Source: a virus
Lineage: Duplodnaviria; Caudoviricetes
Length of the DNA: 56,903 nucleotides
Virus record (IMG/VR): IMGVR_UViG_3300022540_000584
Span: 1-56,903 of that record
Strand: one strand, 5' to 3'
Part shown: positions 19,130-29,554 of the stretch, one piece after another
Layout of the letters: every line of letters starts with the position of its first letter
How positions within the stretch are numbered: the stretch's first letter is position 1
Notes under the pieces: generated by a model
The model's database searches: none
What the model was told of the DNA's origin: nothing
What the model saw: only the letters and a program-made list of their open reading frames with translations
Made by a program: the position numbers and the translations under genes

Positions 19130-19320
19130 TCCTGTGGCTCAAGGGGATTGATCCCGCACCTTCCGAGTTCATCCGCCGCGTGCTCCTTGCGCGGCGGCTC
19201 AACGAAGTGATGGGCACGACAAAGTACACGGCCTGGAACGTCGGCGGCATACCAGATGCCGACCTGAAAGAACTGGACGCCTGGGTTACGTGGTCGAGGG
19301 AACTGAGTGATGGCAGCTAA
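19126..19320 (+). CDS. Tail assembly chaperone extension (T-like, -1 frame)
   Basis: Overlapping -1 frame open from at least 19081, weak own start. Confidence 0.6.
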   Translation: MILWLKGIDPAPSEFIRRVLLARRLNEVMGTTKYTAWNVGGIPDADLKELDAWVTWSRELSDGS

Positions 19321-21418
19321 GTTCAAATTAGCGGCGGTGCTAGAGTTCATCAATAAAGCAGGACCGGGCACTAAGTCCGCTGGGAAGGATCTGGATAAGC
19401 TTGCCAAGATCGCCAAGGCTCTCGGTATTGGCCTCTCGGTCGCCGGTGTCAAGATAGCTGCCAAGGCGACCTATGAACTGGGCGTGCTCGGCGCTCAATC
19501 CCTGCGCACCAAGCGAGCGTTTGAGGCCATCTCTGGCGGCGCACTGAGTGCTGCTGACAACCTGAACGCCATGCGCCGCGCCACTCGCGGCGCGATGAGC
19601 GAACAGGCCATGATGGCGAGCGCCAACCAGCTGTTGCAGATGGGGCTTGCCACCAACGCTGCCGAACTGGAGAAGGTTACCACGATGGCGACGCGCCTGG
19701 GCTCGGCGATGGGCAAGGAGGCCGGGCCGGCGGTAGCCGAATTTTCCTTGATGCTCGCAAATCAATCCATCCCGCGCCTGGACACTTTCGGCATCTCGGC
19801 AAGCAAGGTGCGCGCCCGCATCTTGGAATTGCAAGCCGCAACGCCAGGCCTGAGCCGCGAAATGGCCTTCATGACCGCCACGATGGAGGAAGGCGAGGCG
19901 GCGATGGGGCGGCTGGGCGATGCTGTGGACGACGAGCTGCTGGCGAACGAGCGGCTGGCCGCATCTTGGGCTGATCTGAAAGCGATGGCTGGCGAGGCGC
20001 TGGCCCCGGCGATGGCCGACGTGGCAGAGGCGGCGACGGGGGTTACAAGCGCGGTGCTGGAGGCGCGCCGCGAGATGGAGGGGCTGCGGGCGGAATTCGG
20101 TGACGCCGCCGTGGAAGCAGCCCAAACTGAGGATATACTGGGCACGCTCGCCGACGCCTCGGCGATATTGGACGGCGAACTCAACGCCGTCACAGGCGAG
20201 CTCTACGATGCCGGCAGTGCGATGGAAAGCCTGCGACAGCAAATGCATGACGTTGAAAGCATTGCGCTGGGGCGTGCTTTCCAAGAGGTACGCGCCGAGG
20301 CAGAGGGCATGACACCGGCCCTCGATGCAGCGGCGGGCGCGATGGGCGGCCTCGCCACCAGCGCCAAGACAGTCGCCGGCTCGTTCGGAGAGATGGAATT
20401 TGACGACGCGCAGATATGGAAAATGGCGATGGCGAGCGGAGCCAGTACAGAGGCGCTCGCTGCACTGGCCCAACACCTGGATATAGCCACAGAAGCAGAG
20501 ATACAACGTACCCTAGAGGGCTATCGCCTGGTTGAGCAACTCGGTAAGGATGCAATTACTATTGAGCAATATGCTGCTGGTATGTCGGCGCTAGAGACCG
20601 CCACCATAGACGCGGCGGGCGGCTTCGAGGGACTGGGCGCGGACGCCGCCATCGCCGAGAAGGGGCTGGGCGCGATGCGAACCGCGCAGGAGCAGGCCGT
20701 CGCTGCCACGCGAGACATGAGCGCCAAATATGGCGATAGCGAAGCCGACTTCGCCGCCGCCGAGGACGCGCGCCTGGACGCGATCAAATCGGCACGCGAC
20801 ATGAGGACGGCGGAGGAAGAGGCCGCCAAGGCGACGCAGGAATTGAAAGACGCGCAGGAGAAAGCGACGTCGCAGACGCATGACCTGAGCGACGAGATCA
20901 GGGAAGTGGCGGACGTGAGCCTGTACAGGATGTCCGAGGCGGCAGTCGACGCCGAACTCAGGACGCTGGGGCTGCGGGAGGAGATGGGGCTCGCCACCAC
21001 CGAGGCTTACGAGTTGAGTGAACATCTCACATCAGTTAATGACGTGTTGAACCAGATGCAGGGTGAATATCACGTCTGGGTATATTATCACTACCCGAGC
21101 GGGCTGCCCTCATTGCCGCCCGGCGGCGGCGGGCCGCCCTCATCATCGCCGCCGCCCGGCACTCCAGGCCACCAAGCCGGCACGATGTTCCACCGCGGCG
21201 GCCTGGCCATCATCGGCGAGGCCGGCCCGGAACTGGTGGCCCCGCCGCGCGGCAGCCGGGTGTGGCCCACCAGCGCGCCCGAGACGCGGGCGGCGGTGAA
21301 CAACCGCTATAATTACGGCGGGGATACATATAACTACATTATCAATGACCGACTGGCTATGGCGCTGGCGCTAGAGCAGAATCGGCGTAGGCGCATCCAG
21401 CGCATAGAACGAATGTGA
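19310..21418 (+). CDS. Tape measure protein
   Basis: ~700 aa Ala-rich helical; LDTFGI, C-terminal GLAIIGEAGPELV. Confidence 0.92.
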   Translation: MAAKFKLAAVLEFINKAGPGTKSAGKDLDKLAKIAKALGIGLSVAGVKIAAKATYELGVLGAQSLRTKRAFEAISGGALSAADNLNAMRRATRGAMSEQAMMASANQLLQMGLATNAAELEKVTTMATRLGSAMGKEAGPAVAEFSLMLANQSIPRLDTFGISASKVRARILELQAATPGLSREMAFMTATMEEGEAAMGRLGDAVDDELLANERLAASWADLKAMAGEALAPAMADVAEAATGVTSAVLEARREMEGLRAEFGDAAVEAAQTEDILGTLADASAILDGELNAVTGELYDAGSAMESLRQQMHDVESIALGRAFQEVRAEAEGMTPALDAAAGAMGGLATSAKTVAGSFGEMEFDDAQIWKMAMASGASTEALAALAQHLDIATEAEIQRTLEGYRLVEQLGKDAITIEQYAAGMSALETATIDAAGGFEGLGADAAIAEKGLGAMRTAQEQAVAATRDMSAKYGDSEADFAAAEDARLDAIKSARDMRTAEEEAAKATQELKDAQEKATSQTHDLSDEIREVADVSLYRMSEAAVDAELRTLGLREEMGLATTEAYELSEHLTSVNDVLNQMQGEYHVWVYYHYPSGLPSLPPGGGGPPSSSPPPGTPGHQAGTMFHRGGLAIIGEAGPELVAPPRGSRVWPTSAPETRAAVNNRYNYGGDTYNYIINDRLAMALALEQNRRRRIQRIERM

Positions 21419-21428
21419 GGAGGTTACG

Positions 21429-22385
21429 ATGGCATTGAACGAAGCGAATCATCTGATGACGCCGCTTGAGTTGATTAAGACGCTCGGCACCTCATCCGAC
21501 CTGGTGATCATCGTCAGTTCTGGCGCGCCGGACGGCAACAGCTCGCCGCAGAGCGACGCGGCGAAGGGCTCCATTTACGTCAGGGACGATGCCGGCACAG
21601 ACGAGACGTCACTGTACATCAAGGTAGACAGCGCAGGCTCTGACGACGACTGGGCGGCCGTGCTAATCGCGGGCGAGATCGTATCAGGCGGGCGCACGTG
21701 GGGGACAAGTCTCACCTTTGACACGGACAAGAAATTGCACTTTCGCGACACCGGTATCTATCTGCACTCCAGCGGCGAAGGCGTGCTGCACCTGGTGGCC
21801 GATGGCTCAGTACGCATTGGTGACGGTACGAACGAAGTCATCTTCGCACCTGACGGAGAGTTGACGTTGGCCGGCACGGCGAAGGTGACGCTGGCTATCC
21901 CGCTGGCGCTGGACAGCCAGCACGGCACGGCCACCAGTGAGGCGTTCAAGGGCGCGCCGTCGATCAATCTGGACACCGACGGCGAAACCTGGTTCGCGTC
22001 TTTCGAGGCTCCCAACGACTGGGACGGGGCCTCGGATCTGACGCTGGTCTACATGGTTGCCAATGAGATCGCTGAAGATGATGGCGACGACATCAGTTTC
22101 ACCGGCCAGGCATGTGGCTATGCCGATGGCGAGACAGTAGCCGACGCAGGGCAAGCGGTAGCAGTGGCGCTCAACCTGACAGGCGGGGATGAGGCGATCG
22201 ACATCGTGAATCGTGCGACGGGCGTGATTGACTGGAACGAGGCGACCTATCCCATCGCCGCCGGTGACACCGTAGTAGTCAAGATGACGGTCAACCTGGG
22301 TGACGGTACAGAGTGCACCGGGCCGCTCCATGTCATAGCGCAGTTTGTGGAGTATACGGCGTCAAAGCTAGGAACCGCAACTTAA
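21429..22385 (+). CDS. Tail-associated structural protein
   Basis: GAPDG...AAKGSIYVR...LYIK motif and C-terminal beta-sandwich. Confidence 0.7.
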   Translation: MALNEANHLMTPLELIKTLGTSSDLVIIVSSGAPDGNSSPQSDAAKGSIYVRDDAGTDETSLYIKVDSAGSDDDWAAVLIAGEIVSGGRTWGTSLTFDTDKKLHFRDTGIYLHSSGEGVLHLVADGSVRIGDGTNEVIFAPDGELTLAGTAKVTLAIPLALDSQHGTATSEAFKGAPSINLDTDGETWFASFEAPNDWDGASDLTLVYMVANEIAEDDGDDISFTGQACGYADGETVADAGQAVAVALNLTGGDEAIDIVNRATGVIDWNEATYPIAAGDTVVVKMTVNLGDGTECTGPLHVIAQFVEYTASKLGTAT

Positions 22386-22394
22386 GGATAACCT

Positions 22395-23786
22395 ATGGCG
22401 GCGCAGGTCAAATTGGTGAGGCGCGGGGATTTCAGCGGCGATATTTCCTCGCTATCTCTATTCAACTACGAGCAGGGCTTCAGCCTGGTACGTGACGGCT
22501 GGGTGCAGGCCGCCGCCGGGGGCGACGCTAGAGTCCCCGAGGCAATGACGCTGCACGTCAAGGGCTCCAGCCACGACGACCTGGCGGCCAAGTTACAACT
22601 GCTGGACGACAAGATGCGGGAAGTCGGCTGGCATGGCGATGCCGCCGAACGTTACGGCGTCTGGCTACGGGCGCAGATGCCAGACGAGAGCGAGGCGCGG
22701 CAGGCACTCGTCACTGGCATGCGAGGTGAGCCTGGCGTCTCATTCTACGCACCGCCGGCGGCACCCGGCGGTTGGCTACAGGCAGGCTACAACCTGGCAC
22801 TAGAGCGGACGCCGTGGTGGGAAGCAACATCCCTCTATATGCACATCGCAACGTCCTTGAATTGTCACGGCGCGATGAAAAGCTACGGTAACGTCTACGG
22901 TGATGTGCCATCGCGGATAGCCAAAACGGTGATCAGTGGCGCGCCCGGGGGCGACGTACACGGCGACGTACATGAATTCTGGCTCGGCTTCCGCACCGAT
23001 CGCTTCGGCAACCGGGCAAACTTCAAGCCGGTATGGGACTTGGGGCAACCGGTAAACGGTGGCGTTGGATATAACGATACAGATACACAGATTGACGACG
23101 ATACGGCCTATGGCCTGTATAGAGCGGAATGTACATTTACTACTGACGAGACGGAACTAAACCGCCTTCAGATTTCATTGCAGAACGCGACGACCGATTA
23201 CGAAGACCAGCGCGGTTCCTACATCGTGCTGCTGCGCGCCAAAGTGGGAGCCGGCACTACCTGCCACGTCCGGCTCAAAGACGGCTTCCTTTACACGTCG
23301 GCGATTCGCAGCCAGCAGCGCGTTGAGGTCACCGCGACCAGTTGGTTCCTCCATGCGCTCGGCACAGTGAACATACCGCCCTCGCACGGCATCCTGTCTG
23401 CTAATTTCCTGAGACAATACGGTTTTGAGATTCACGCCTCACGTACATCTGGCAGCGGCTACCTATGCCTGGATTGTCTCATCCTCATCCCCTGCGCCGA
23501 GGGTTCCTTGCACGTCACGGGCGCGGCCGTGAAGTATTGGCTAGGCGATACGCGGCCGTCCACGATTGTAATGACCGCTGACGGCAAGATGGCCGGCTGG
23601 TCGTACATGGACAACCTCCCACGCGCCGCGCTCACCGTCGAGCCAGATAAGTATGCGCTTCCGGTGGGTGCAGGCTCAATCGTCTTGGCCGGACAGAGAG
23701 AGACAGAACATACGCTCACCGATTACGTCACTGTGATGTTGAGTTCTTATAATCGCTACCGCACATTGCGAGGCACGCAGCCATGA
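22395..23786 (+). CDS. Distal tail/baseplate protein
   Basis: Position after tape measure; ERTPWW, GDVPS. Confidence 0.65.
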   Translation: MAAQVKLVRRGDFSGDISSLSLFNYEQGFSLVRDGWVQAAAGGDARVPEAMTLHVKGSSHDDLAAKLQLLDDKMREVGWHGDAAERYGVWLRAQMPDESEARQALVTGMRGEPGVSFYAPPAAPGGWLQAGYNLALERTPWWEATSLYMHIATSLNCHGAMKSYGNVYGDVPSRIAKTVISGAPGGDVHGDVHEFWLGFRTDRFGNRANFKPVWDLGQPVNGGVGYNDTDTQIDDDTAYGLYRAECTFTTDETELNRLQISLQNATTDYEDQRGSYIVLLRAKVGAGTTCHVRLKDGFLYTSAIRSQQRVEVTATSWFLHALGTVNIPPSHGILSANFLRQYGFEIHASRTSGSGYLCLDCLILIPCAEGSLHVTGAAVKYWLGDTRPSTIVMTADGKMAGWSYMDNLPRAALTVEPDKYALPVGAGSIVLAGQRETEHTLTDYVTVMLSSYNRYRTLRGTQP

Positions 23787-25258
23787 TCGCCCTCAACCTC
23801 TTCGACAACGTCAAGCAGGGCAACGCCCTGATCGCCGAACTCGGCGACGGTGTCAAGGGCACGCTGCGCAACTGGCGGCACGTCGTCAAGGACCTCGGCG
23901 GCTTCTGGATCGCCACCGGGAACTGGCACGGCTCGCGCTCCTCGATGACGGAGATGTACCTCAATGGCATGGCCCGGCGCATCGTGGAGAGCGCGGGCGG
24001 CCCCACGACCTGGGAGGGTTTCGCCGCCGACCTGGAGTTGACGCTGGACGGGCAGACGTACATTCGCTCGCTGCCAGCCTGCGCCAACGCCGTCAGGTGC
24101 ATCTACTCGACCATCGGCGACAACGTATTCAGCGACGGCTCGGCGGAGAGCGCGGCCTGGGCCGCCGTCGGCACGCCGTCGCCCCGCGAGCGCGTGACGA
24201 CCTGGTGCACGCAGGGAGCCTACGGCATGCACGTTGTCACGGACGCGGGCAGCGAAGGCGTAGAGATTGAAAACGGCCTGACCATCACCGCCGCTGTAGC
24301 GTACCAGTGCTATGTCACAGTAGAGGTCGTGAGCGGAACTTGGACGCTGGCCGTGCGCAACACCGCCGATAATTCCATCATAGCCTCACGCGAGACCGTC
24401 GGCACCGGCAAGGACGTCATCTTGGTACAGATTGGTGACAACAACACGGCGACGGGCGTCTACGTCCGCTTGACCGCCGCCGCGAGTGGCGGCGAGATTT
24501 ACGCCGACGCCGCCGTGTTGCAGACCGCGCCGACCAGGGCAGAGACAGAATGGTTCACCGACGACGAGGCGATAGCCGAATACGGCAGGATGGAGGCGAT
24601 TCTGTTGGAGGCAGGGATGACCGACGCCTCAGCAGAGGCAGCGGTCAAGACTAAATTGGCGGAGCACGCCTGGCCGCGCGGGTTTCCGCCCGAGCAGTTT
24701 TCGATCATGGAGACGAACAAAGACGATGGCCTGTCTATCCTATTCACCGGCTATTCTCACACGCTAAAATGGTTACACGCGGTGGTCACCGGTAGCGGCG
24801 GTATCAGCAGCGTGATAATTCCTGCCGCGATGAGCGAAGCGGAGTTTGTCTCCGCCGGCGTCATCGAGGCCAACGCAGTGGCATACCAGGTCGAGGACGG
24901 TGACCCGGTGACGCTGTGGGAGGTGCTGGAGAAAGCCACGCGGGTGGGGAGTGATGCCGGCGCGCGCTATCAGTGCGGCGTCTACGGCGGCCGGGCGCTC
25001 GACTACGGCCCGCGCCCGACGACGCTCAGTTATCACTACCGGAGCGGGCGCTTGCTGAACGTGCACGGCGGCGAAGTGGAGCCGTGGGCGGTGCGGCCGG
25101 GGCTGGCGCATCTAGACGACATGCCGGTCGGGCCGGGCCAGATCACCGGCGACATCGCCGACGACCCGCGCAACTCCTGGCTGTGCGAGATCGAGTATTC
25201 CGCGCCAGACGGCCTGCAATTCAAGCGCGAACCGCTGCCGGGAGAGGAGCCGACATGA
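23783..25258 (+). CDS. Baseplate hub/Tal-like protein with CBM-like insertion
   Basis: GGFWIA, TWEGF, AIAEYGRME; internal FSDGSAES...YADAAVL jelly-roll. Confidence 0.65.
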   Translation: MIALNLFDNVKQGNALIAELGDGVKGTLRNWRHVVKDLGGFWIATGNWHGSRSSMTEMYLNGMARRIVESAGGPTTWEGFAADLELTLDGQTYIRSLPACANAVRCIYSTIGDNVFSDGSAESAAWAAVGTPSPRERVTTWCTQGAYGMHVVTDAGSEGVEIENGLTITAAVAYQCYVTVEVVSGTWTLAVRNTADNSIIASRETVGTGKDVILVQIGDNNTATGVYVRLTAAASGGEIYADAAVLQTAPTRAETEWFTDDEAIAEYGRMEAILLEAGMTDASAEAAVKTKLAEHAWPRGFPPEQFSIMETNKDDGLSILFTGYSHTLKWLHAVVTGSGGISSVIIPAAMSEAEFVSAGVIEANAVAYQVEDGDPVTLWEVLEKATRVGSDAGARYQCGVYGGRALDYGPRPTTLSYHYRSGRLLNVHGGEVEPWAVRPGLAHLDDMPVGPGQITGDIADDPRNSWLCEIEYSAPDGLQFKREPLPGEEPT

Positions 25259-26892
25259 GGAAACTCTCCGACAGCGGCGCGATGAGCGAGGCCAGGCGGT
25301 TCAAGACATTGACGCTGAGCCGCAGCGCTGGCAGCGGCGGCGGCGTCGCCATGCCGCAGCCGATGGCGCAGAACCAGATGATCATCGCCAACCCCACGCC
25401 TGCGTGGTCGCTGCTGGCTGCGCCCTCGGCGGAGGGGCAGGCACTCATCGCCGGGGCCGATCCGCATACGCCCGCCTGGGGCACGGTGTTCCCGGCGGAG
25501 ATGCAGTTCCAGGCCAACGTCGGTTTTGGCGGCATCTCCGACCCTGATTACTCCATCCATACCGACGGCGTCATCATGGTCGGTGATTACATTCTCTCGC
25601 GCAACGAAGGTACTTGCGGCTATCTAAGTTATAGATATACTGACGATGCGACTGGGCCATACTGGTCGAGCCGGAAGGCGCGCGGGGACATAGCCGGTCC
25701 TACGATCGTCAGCGACGGTGACACGCTTTGGGACTTGGCCGTGATGGGCCACGACGGCGTGGCGTGGGCACCGGCGGCGAGCATACAGGTAAAAGTTGAT
25801 GGCACGCCGGACACTGACGACATGCCGGGGATGATATTGTTCAGGACTTCACCCGCTGGCTCCGACACTCCACTGACCAGAGTGAGGATCAGGAGCACCG
25901 GCGTAACTGAATTTTACGCCGGCATCACTTTCAGCGGCGCGACCGGCGTCAACGTCGTCACCGTGCCAGACAACGCGGCGCAGGCGATGCACCTGGTGGA
26001 CGCGGGCGGCATCGAATACATGCGCGTCGTGAGCACGAACGCCCAGCCCGTCGTCGTGTTCAATGAAGGCGGCGCGGACGTAGACCACCGCTGGGAGGCC
26101 GTCGGGCAGCCCAATGCGTTGTTCGTGCGGGGCAGCGACGGGAAGATAGGTATTTGGACGACTACGATCAATGCAGCCAGGGTCGAGATCGGCGGCGCGA
26201 CTGGCCCGGCGATAGTAAACTTGCCCACGAATCTTTCCACCATTGACGCCGGCCTCAGTACCAGAGATATTGCCAATGAATGCATCATCGTATTTGGTGC
26301 TAATGTCCACTCTGCTTACACTGGTCGAATCGCCCAGGGGGAAGCCGGAGCTTGTATCCGAGTCGACACGAGAGATCACGATGGAGGGACAACTGATAAG
26401 TATACTGTCTTCCAGGTGTTGACGAGGGCGGCCGAGGTCGCAGAGGGATCTTATACCGTCCCCTTCCAAATCGCAGGCGGCGCACCCACAGCCTCGCTTT
26501 GGATCACTCGTGCCGGTGCAGTCAATACCCGCGAGAACAGCGCCACGGTACGCCTCAGCGGCACAAGAGCGTTTGCGGCTACCATCTTGAGCCCAGAAGT
26601 GGGAACTTATTGTCAAATCCGTATTCCCCTGGCTTGCACTGTGATAGGAGTCTATGGCAATACCGTCGGAGGCACATCTTGCACGTTGAATATTGAGGAG
26701 CGCAGTTCGCTTGGTGACGCGGGCACCAATATACTGTCATCTGATATGGTGGCAGATGCCAATGGCGAGAGCGTGACCAGCGGCTTCAACAACTCATCAC
26801 TGGCGGCGGGGAACCACCTCACATTTGACGTGTCCGCCGTCTCCGGCGCGGTAAGTGAGGTGAACATTTCAGTGACGGTTATACTGACATAG
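25255..26892 (+). CDS. Tail fibre / receptor-binding protein
   Basis: GAGG RBS before ATG 25255; KARG...DGDTL, DMPG, DGKIGI fibre motifs; C-terminal jelly-roll. Confidence 0.8.
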   Translation: MRKLSDSGAMSEARRFKTLTLSRSAGSGGGVAMPQPMAQNQMIIANPTPAWSLLAAPSAEGQALIAGADPHTPAWGTVFPAEMQFQANVGFGGISDPDYSIHTDGVIMVGDYILSRNEGTCGYLSYRYTDDATGPYWSSRKARGDIAGPTIVSDGDTLWDLAVMGHDGVAWAPAASIQVKVDGTPDTDDMPGMILFRTSPAGSDTPLTRVRIRSTGVTEFYAGITFSGATGVNVVTVPDNAAQAMHLVDAGGIEYMRVVSTNAQPVVVFNEGGADVDHRWEAVGQPNALFVRGSDGKIGIWTTTINAARVEIGGATGPAIVNLPTNLSTIDAGLSTRDIANECIIVFGANVHSAYTGRIAQGEAGACIRVDTRDHDGGTTDKYTVFQVLTRAAEVAEGSYTVPFQIAGGAPTASLWITRAGAVNTRENSATVRLSGTRAFAATILSPEVGTYCQIRIPLACTVIGVYGNTVGGTSCTLNIEERSSLGDAGTNILSSDMVADANGESVTSGFNNSSLAAGNHLTFDVSAVSGAVSEVNISVTVILT

Positions 26893-26901
26893 GGGGTTAG
26901 A

Positions 26902-27132
26902 ATGAGCGGAGTAGCGACGGTCACAGAGGCGAAGCAATTCATCGAGGGCGAGCGCCGGCAGCGCGCCGCCGCGTTTTGGCAGGCGCTGCAGTCTATCCAG
27001 GCGCAATACAATTGCACCCTGACGGCGATGCCGACGTGGATGCCGCTGGCGGGCGGCACGTTTACGCTGGCCTGCGAGGTGCAGGTCGTGATAGGCGATG
27101 CGCCGCCAGAACAAGAGCGGGGCGAGAATTGA
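26902..27132 (+). CDS. Small fibre-chaperone-like protein
   Basis: Follows fibre gene; 76 aa. Confidence 0.6.
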   Translation: MSGVATVTEAKQFIEGERRQRAAAFWQALQSIQAQYNCTLTAMPTWMPLAGGTFTLACEVQVVIGDAPPEQERGEN

Positions 27133-27133
27133 C

Positions 27134-27979
27134 ATGCCGCGAACAGGCATCGTGCACGGCAGTGGGCATTTCGAGGATAATGACCTCCGGGGTCTTTATA
27201 GCGAAGGCAACGCTCCAGAAACCGTCTCTTCTGGTCATCCCGTTCGCTTCGGCACTTACTCAATGCGGGCATATTTACACAGAACCGAGTCGCCAACTGC
27301 TTATAGAACTATGGTCGTCGTCCGAGCCGATGACCAGACACCATTCCTGCCGCGCATTCCGCACACAGACTTTCATTTTGACATCTTCGGCGAATACTGG
27401 ATCGGCTTCTCCATACATGTCCAATCCGACTTAGTAAGTGATCCACCCGAACTAACAGACGTCGTCTTTCAGGTCCAGCGGACGCCCGACGCTGGGCCAT
27501 ACTACCGCCAGCCGTGCGTTGCCCTGGCGATCGACACGCTCGAAGAGGGTGGGGAGTTGGTGGATTATTGGCGCATCTGGAGATTGTGGGATACGCGCCA
27601 GTCTGATCCTGGCAAGCCTTATGAGTACACGGAATGGTTTCAGATGATGTTGCCGATGGATCCTGCGGATATCGGCGGCTGGACAGACTGGGTCTTTCAC
27701 ATCATTTGGGATTGGCATAATAATGGCGATGGGCTACTCCAAGCCTGGCGCAACGGCGTGGAAGTGCTCAATGTGGAGGGCGGGAACTGCTCTAATGAAA
27801 TCATCAAAGGTCCTTATATGTCGTTCGGCGAGTACAAATGGGCTTGGCGCGATGAGACAGAGACTAATTCCGAATCGCGACTGTTTTACTTCGACCAGTT
27901 CCGCATCGGCGACAGCACGGCATCCTATGATGACGTAAAACCAGGCCCGCAGGCTGGCGTGATCGTGATGGTGGTGTAA
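27134..27979 (+). CDS. Polysaccharide lyase-like jelly-roll protein (putative depolymerase)
   Basis: YWIGFS, VVFQ, GGWTDWVFHIIW, GLLQAWRNG, PYMSFGEYK, YFDQFRIG. Confidence 0.75.
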   Translation: MPRTGIVHGSGHFEDNDLRGLYSEGNAPETVSSGHPVRFGTYSMRAYLHRTESPTAYRTMVVVRADDQTPFLPRIPHTDFHFDIFGEYWIGFSIHVQSDLVSDPPELTDVVFQVQRTPDAGPYYRQPCVALAIDTLEEGGELVDYWRIWRLWDTRQSDPGKPYEYTEWFQMMLPMDPADIGGWTDWVFHIIWDWHNNGDGLLQAWRNGVEVLNVEGGNCSNEIIKGPYMSFGEYKWAWRDETETNSESRLFYFDQFRIGDSTASYDDVKPGPQAGVIVMVV

Positions 27980-27980
27980 A

Positions 27981-28739
27981 ATGAAGAGAAAACTCTTGCT
28001 CCTGATCATCGCGACATTGGCACTGACGGTACGGCCCACTCCTACGCCCGGCGAGGCATTGTTAGCTAACGGCAACTTCGAAGGCGGCTGGCACCTGGAA
28101 ACGGCGTATTGGACGCCCGAGGGAGGGCCATTCCACAATCAATATCAGGAGATCACCCCGCCGGAGGGCTGGACGGCCTGGTGGCGTGAGGGGTTTCTTT
28201 GTTCTGGCACTGATGACTGGCGCACCGGGCGACCAGAGGCGAGGGTAATCTCAACTGTCCCTGATCCTGGGCGCGTCCATAGCGGCGAAAAGGCGACTCA
28301 GTTTTTTACGTACTGGAGATGTCACGAGGGGGGCTTGTTACAACAAGTAGCCGTTGAACCGGGTCATTACTACGCCTTCAGCGTCTACGGCCATGCCTGG
28401 TACAGTCGGTGCTCTACTAAGCCGCATGATCCGCCGCTGGACATTGATTGCGCGACGCCAATCACCTGGGCGCAGGACTGGCTCAGCGTGGGGATTGACC
28501 CGACTGGCGGCATAGACCCACTGGGGCCAGCAGTCGTGTGGGGCGAGGCGCGAGAGATTTACGGTGTCTATGATATGGCGCTGACGGCGGGGTGCGTTCA
28601 GGCGCAGGTGGAGACGCTGACGGTGTTCGTGAAGAGCGAGGCGTCCCATCCATTAAAGCACGTAGATTTTTACATTGACGACGCTGTGCTACGTGACGTG
28701 ACGTATCAGGCATTCTTGCCAGCGGTAAGGTTAGAATAA
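27981..28739 (+). CDS. Secreted CBM-like protein with C-terminal FLPxVR motif
   Basis: Sec signal MKRKLLLLIIATLAL, LANGNFEGG, VGIDPTGG, YIDDA, ends YQAFLPAVRLE. Confidence 0.75.
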   Translation: MKRKLLLLIIATLALTVRPTPTPGEALLANGNFEGGWHLETAYWTPEGGPFHNQYQEITPPEGWTAWWREGFLCSGTDDWRTGRPEARVISTVPDPGRVHSGEKATQFFTYWRCHEGGLLQQVAVEPGHYYAFSVYGHAWYSRCSTKPHDPPLDIDCATPITWAQDWLSVGIDPTGGIDPLGPAVVWGEAREIYGVYDMALTAGCVQAQVETLTVFVKSEASHPLKHVDFYIDDAVLRDVTYQAFLPAVRLE

Positions 28740-28808
28740 GGTAAGAACGAGGTTAGAATAGGTTAGAAGGTTAGAGTTAAGTTAGAATTGGGTTAGAGCG
28801 AGGTTAGA
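28724..28808 (+). repeat. Array of GTTAGA repeats with ~10-11 bp spacing
   Basis: GTTAGA at 28730, 28752, 28762, 28770, 28781, 28792, 28803; variant GTAAGA at 28741. Confidence 0.9.
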
Positions 28809-29543
28809 ATGAACGCCATCAAGGAACTTTTTAACGACTTTAATGGTGGGCCGGTGTATCTCAAAACAGGGCACTTTGGACTCCGTGCGAACGTGCAGCG
28901 AGTAGGTGGCACGCCTGGCCCTGATATCTTCCGGCTCAACCAAACGGGAGCCGATATTCTCCTTATATCCCTCGTAGGCACTGCATACTTGAAAGTGCCA
29001 GATGACATGCCTTGGAATAAGGACATCATCAGCGAATTGGCGACTAATGACAACTGCCCCGGCTCACTGTCTAATGGTTGGTGGCAGCGCCCGCTAAGCC
29101 AGATTGCCGGATTGACATTCCATCACACGCTGAGCGATAGCCCGCATGCCACGGCTCAGTGGTATGTCAGGAAGGACGGCGGACGGCCCAGTATTCCCTA
29201 CACGATTTGGATAACTCAGACTGGTGAGGTGCTGCTGTGCAATGCGCTGGAGGAAGGATGCTGGCACGATCATACCGGTTTCGAGAGCCGCAATCTAAGT
29301 GTAGGTCTCGCCGGTCGTCTCCACGAGTACCATCCCGCCGCCGTGCAACTGCAAGCCGCCGCGCGGGTGGCGGTGTGGGCAGTTCACGATAGAAGAATGA
29401 GCATCACACTGGAGACGGTACGGGGCCACATGGACGTGGGCACTTTTGCAGGCAAAACGGAATGTCCGGGCTGGGCATCAGCAGTGTCAGGAAATTGGAA
29501 ACCAGAACTTTACGAAATGATTGAGGCACTGCTGGGATATTGA
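28809..29543 (+). CDS. Endolysin, N-acetylmuramoyl-L-alanine amidase (amidase_2)
   Basis: TFHHT, IPYT, WH, VRGH, TECPG zinc-amidase motifs. Confidence 0.88.
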   Translation: MNAIKELFNDFNGGPVYLKTGHFGLRANVQRVGGTPGPDIFRLNQTGADILLISLVGTAYLKVPDDMPWNKDIISELATNDNCPGSLSNGWWQRPLSQIAGLTFHHTLSDSPHATAQWYVRKDGGRPSIPYTIWITQTGEVLLCNALEEGCWHDHTGFESRNLSVGLAGRLHEYHPAAVQLQAAARVAVWAVHDRRMSITLETVRGHMDVGTFAGKTECPGWASAVSGNWKPELYEMIEALLGY

Positions 29544-29554
29544 GGAGAATCGCC

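Noticed and set aside
19340-21025. Long antisense ORFs over tape measure and other structural genes
   Set aside because: Shadow frames of GC-rich coding sequence, without RBS or recognisable motifs
25255-27979. Diversity-generating retroelement or invertible tail-fibre cassette
   Set aside because: No reverse transcriptase, invertase, or template/variable repeat pair found by eye
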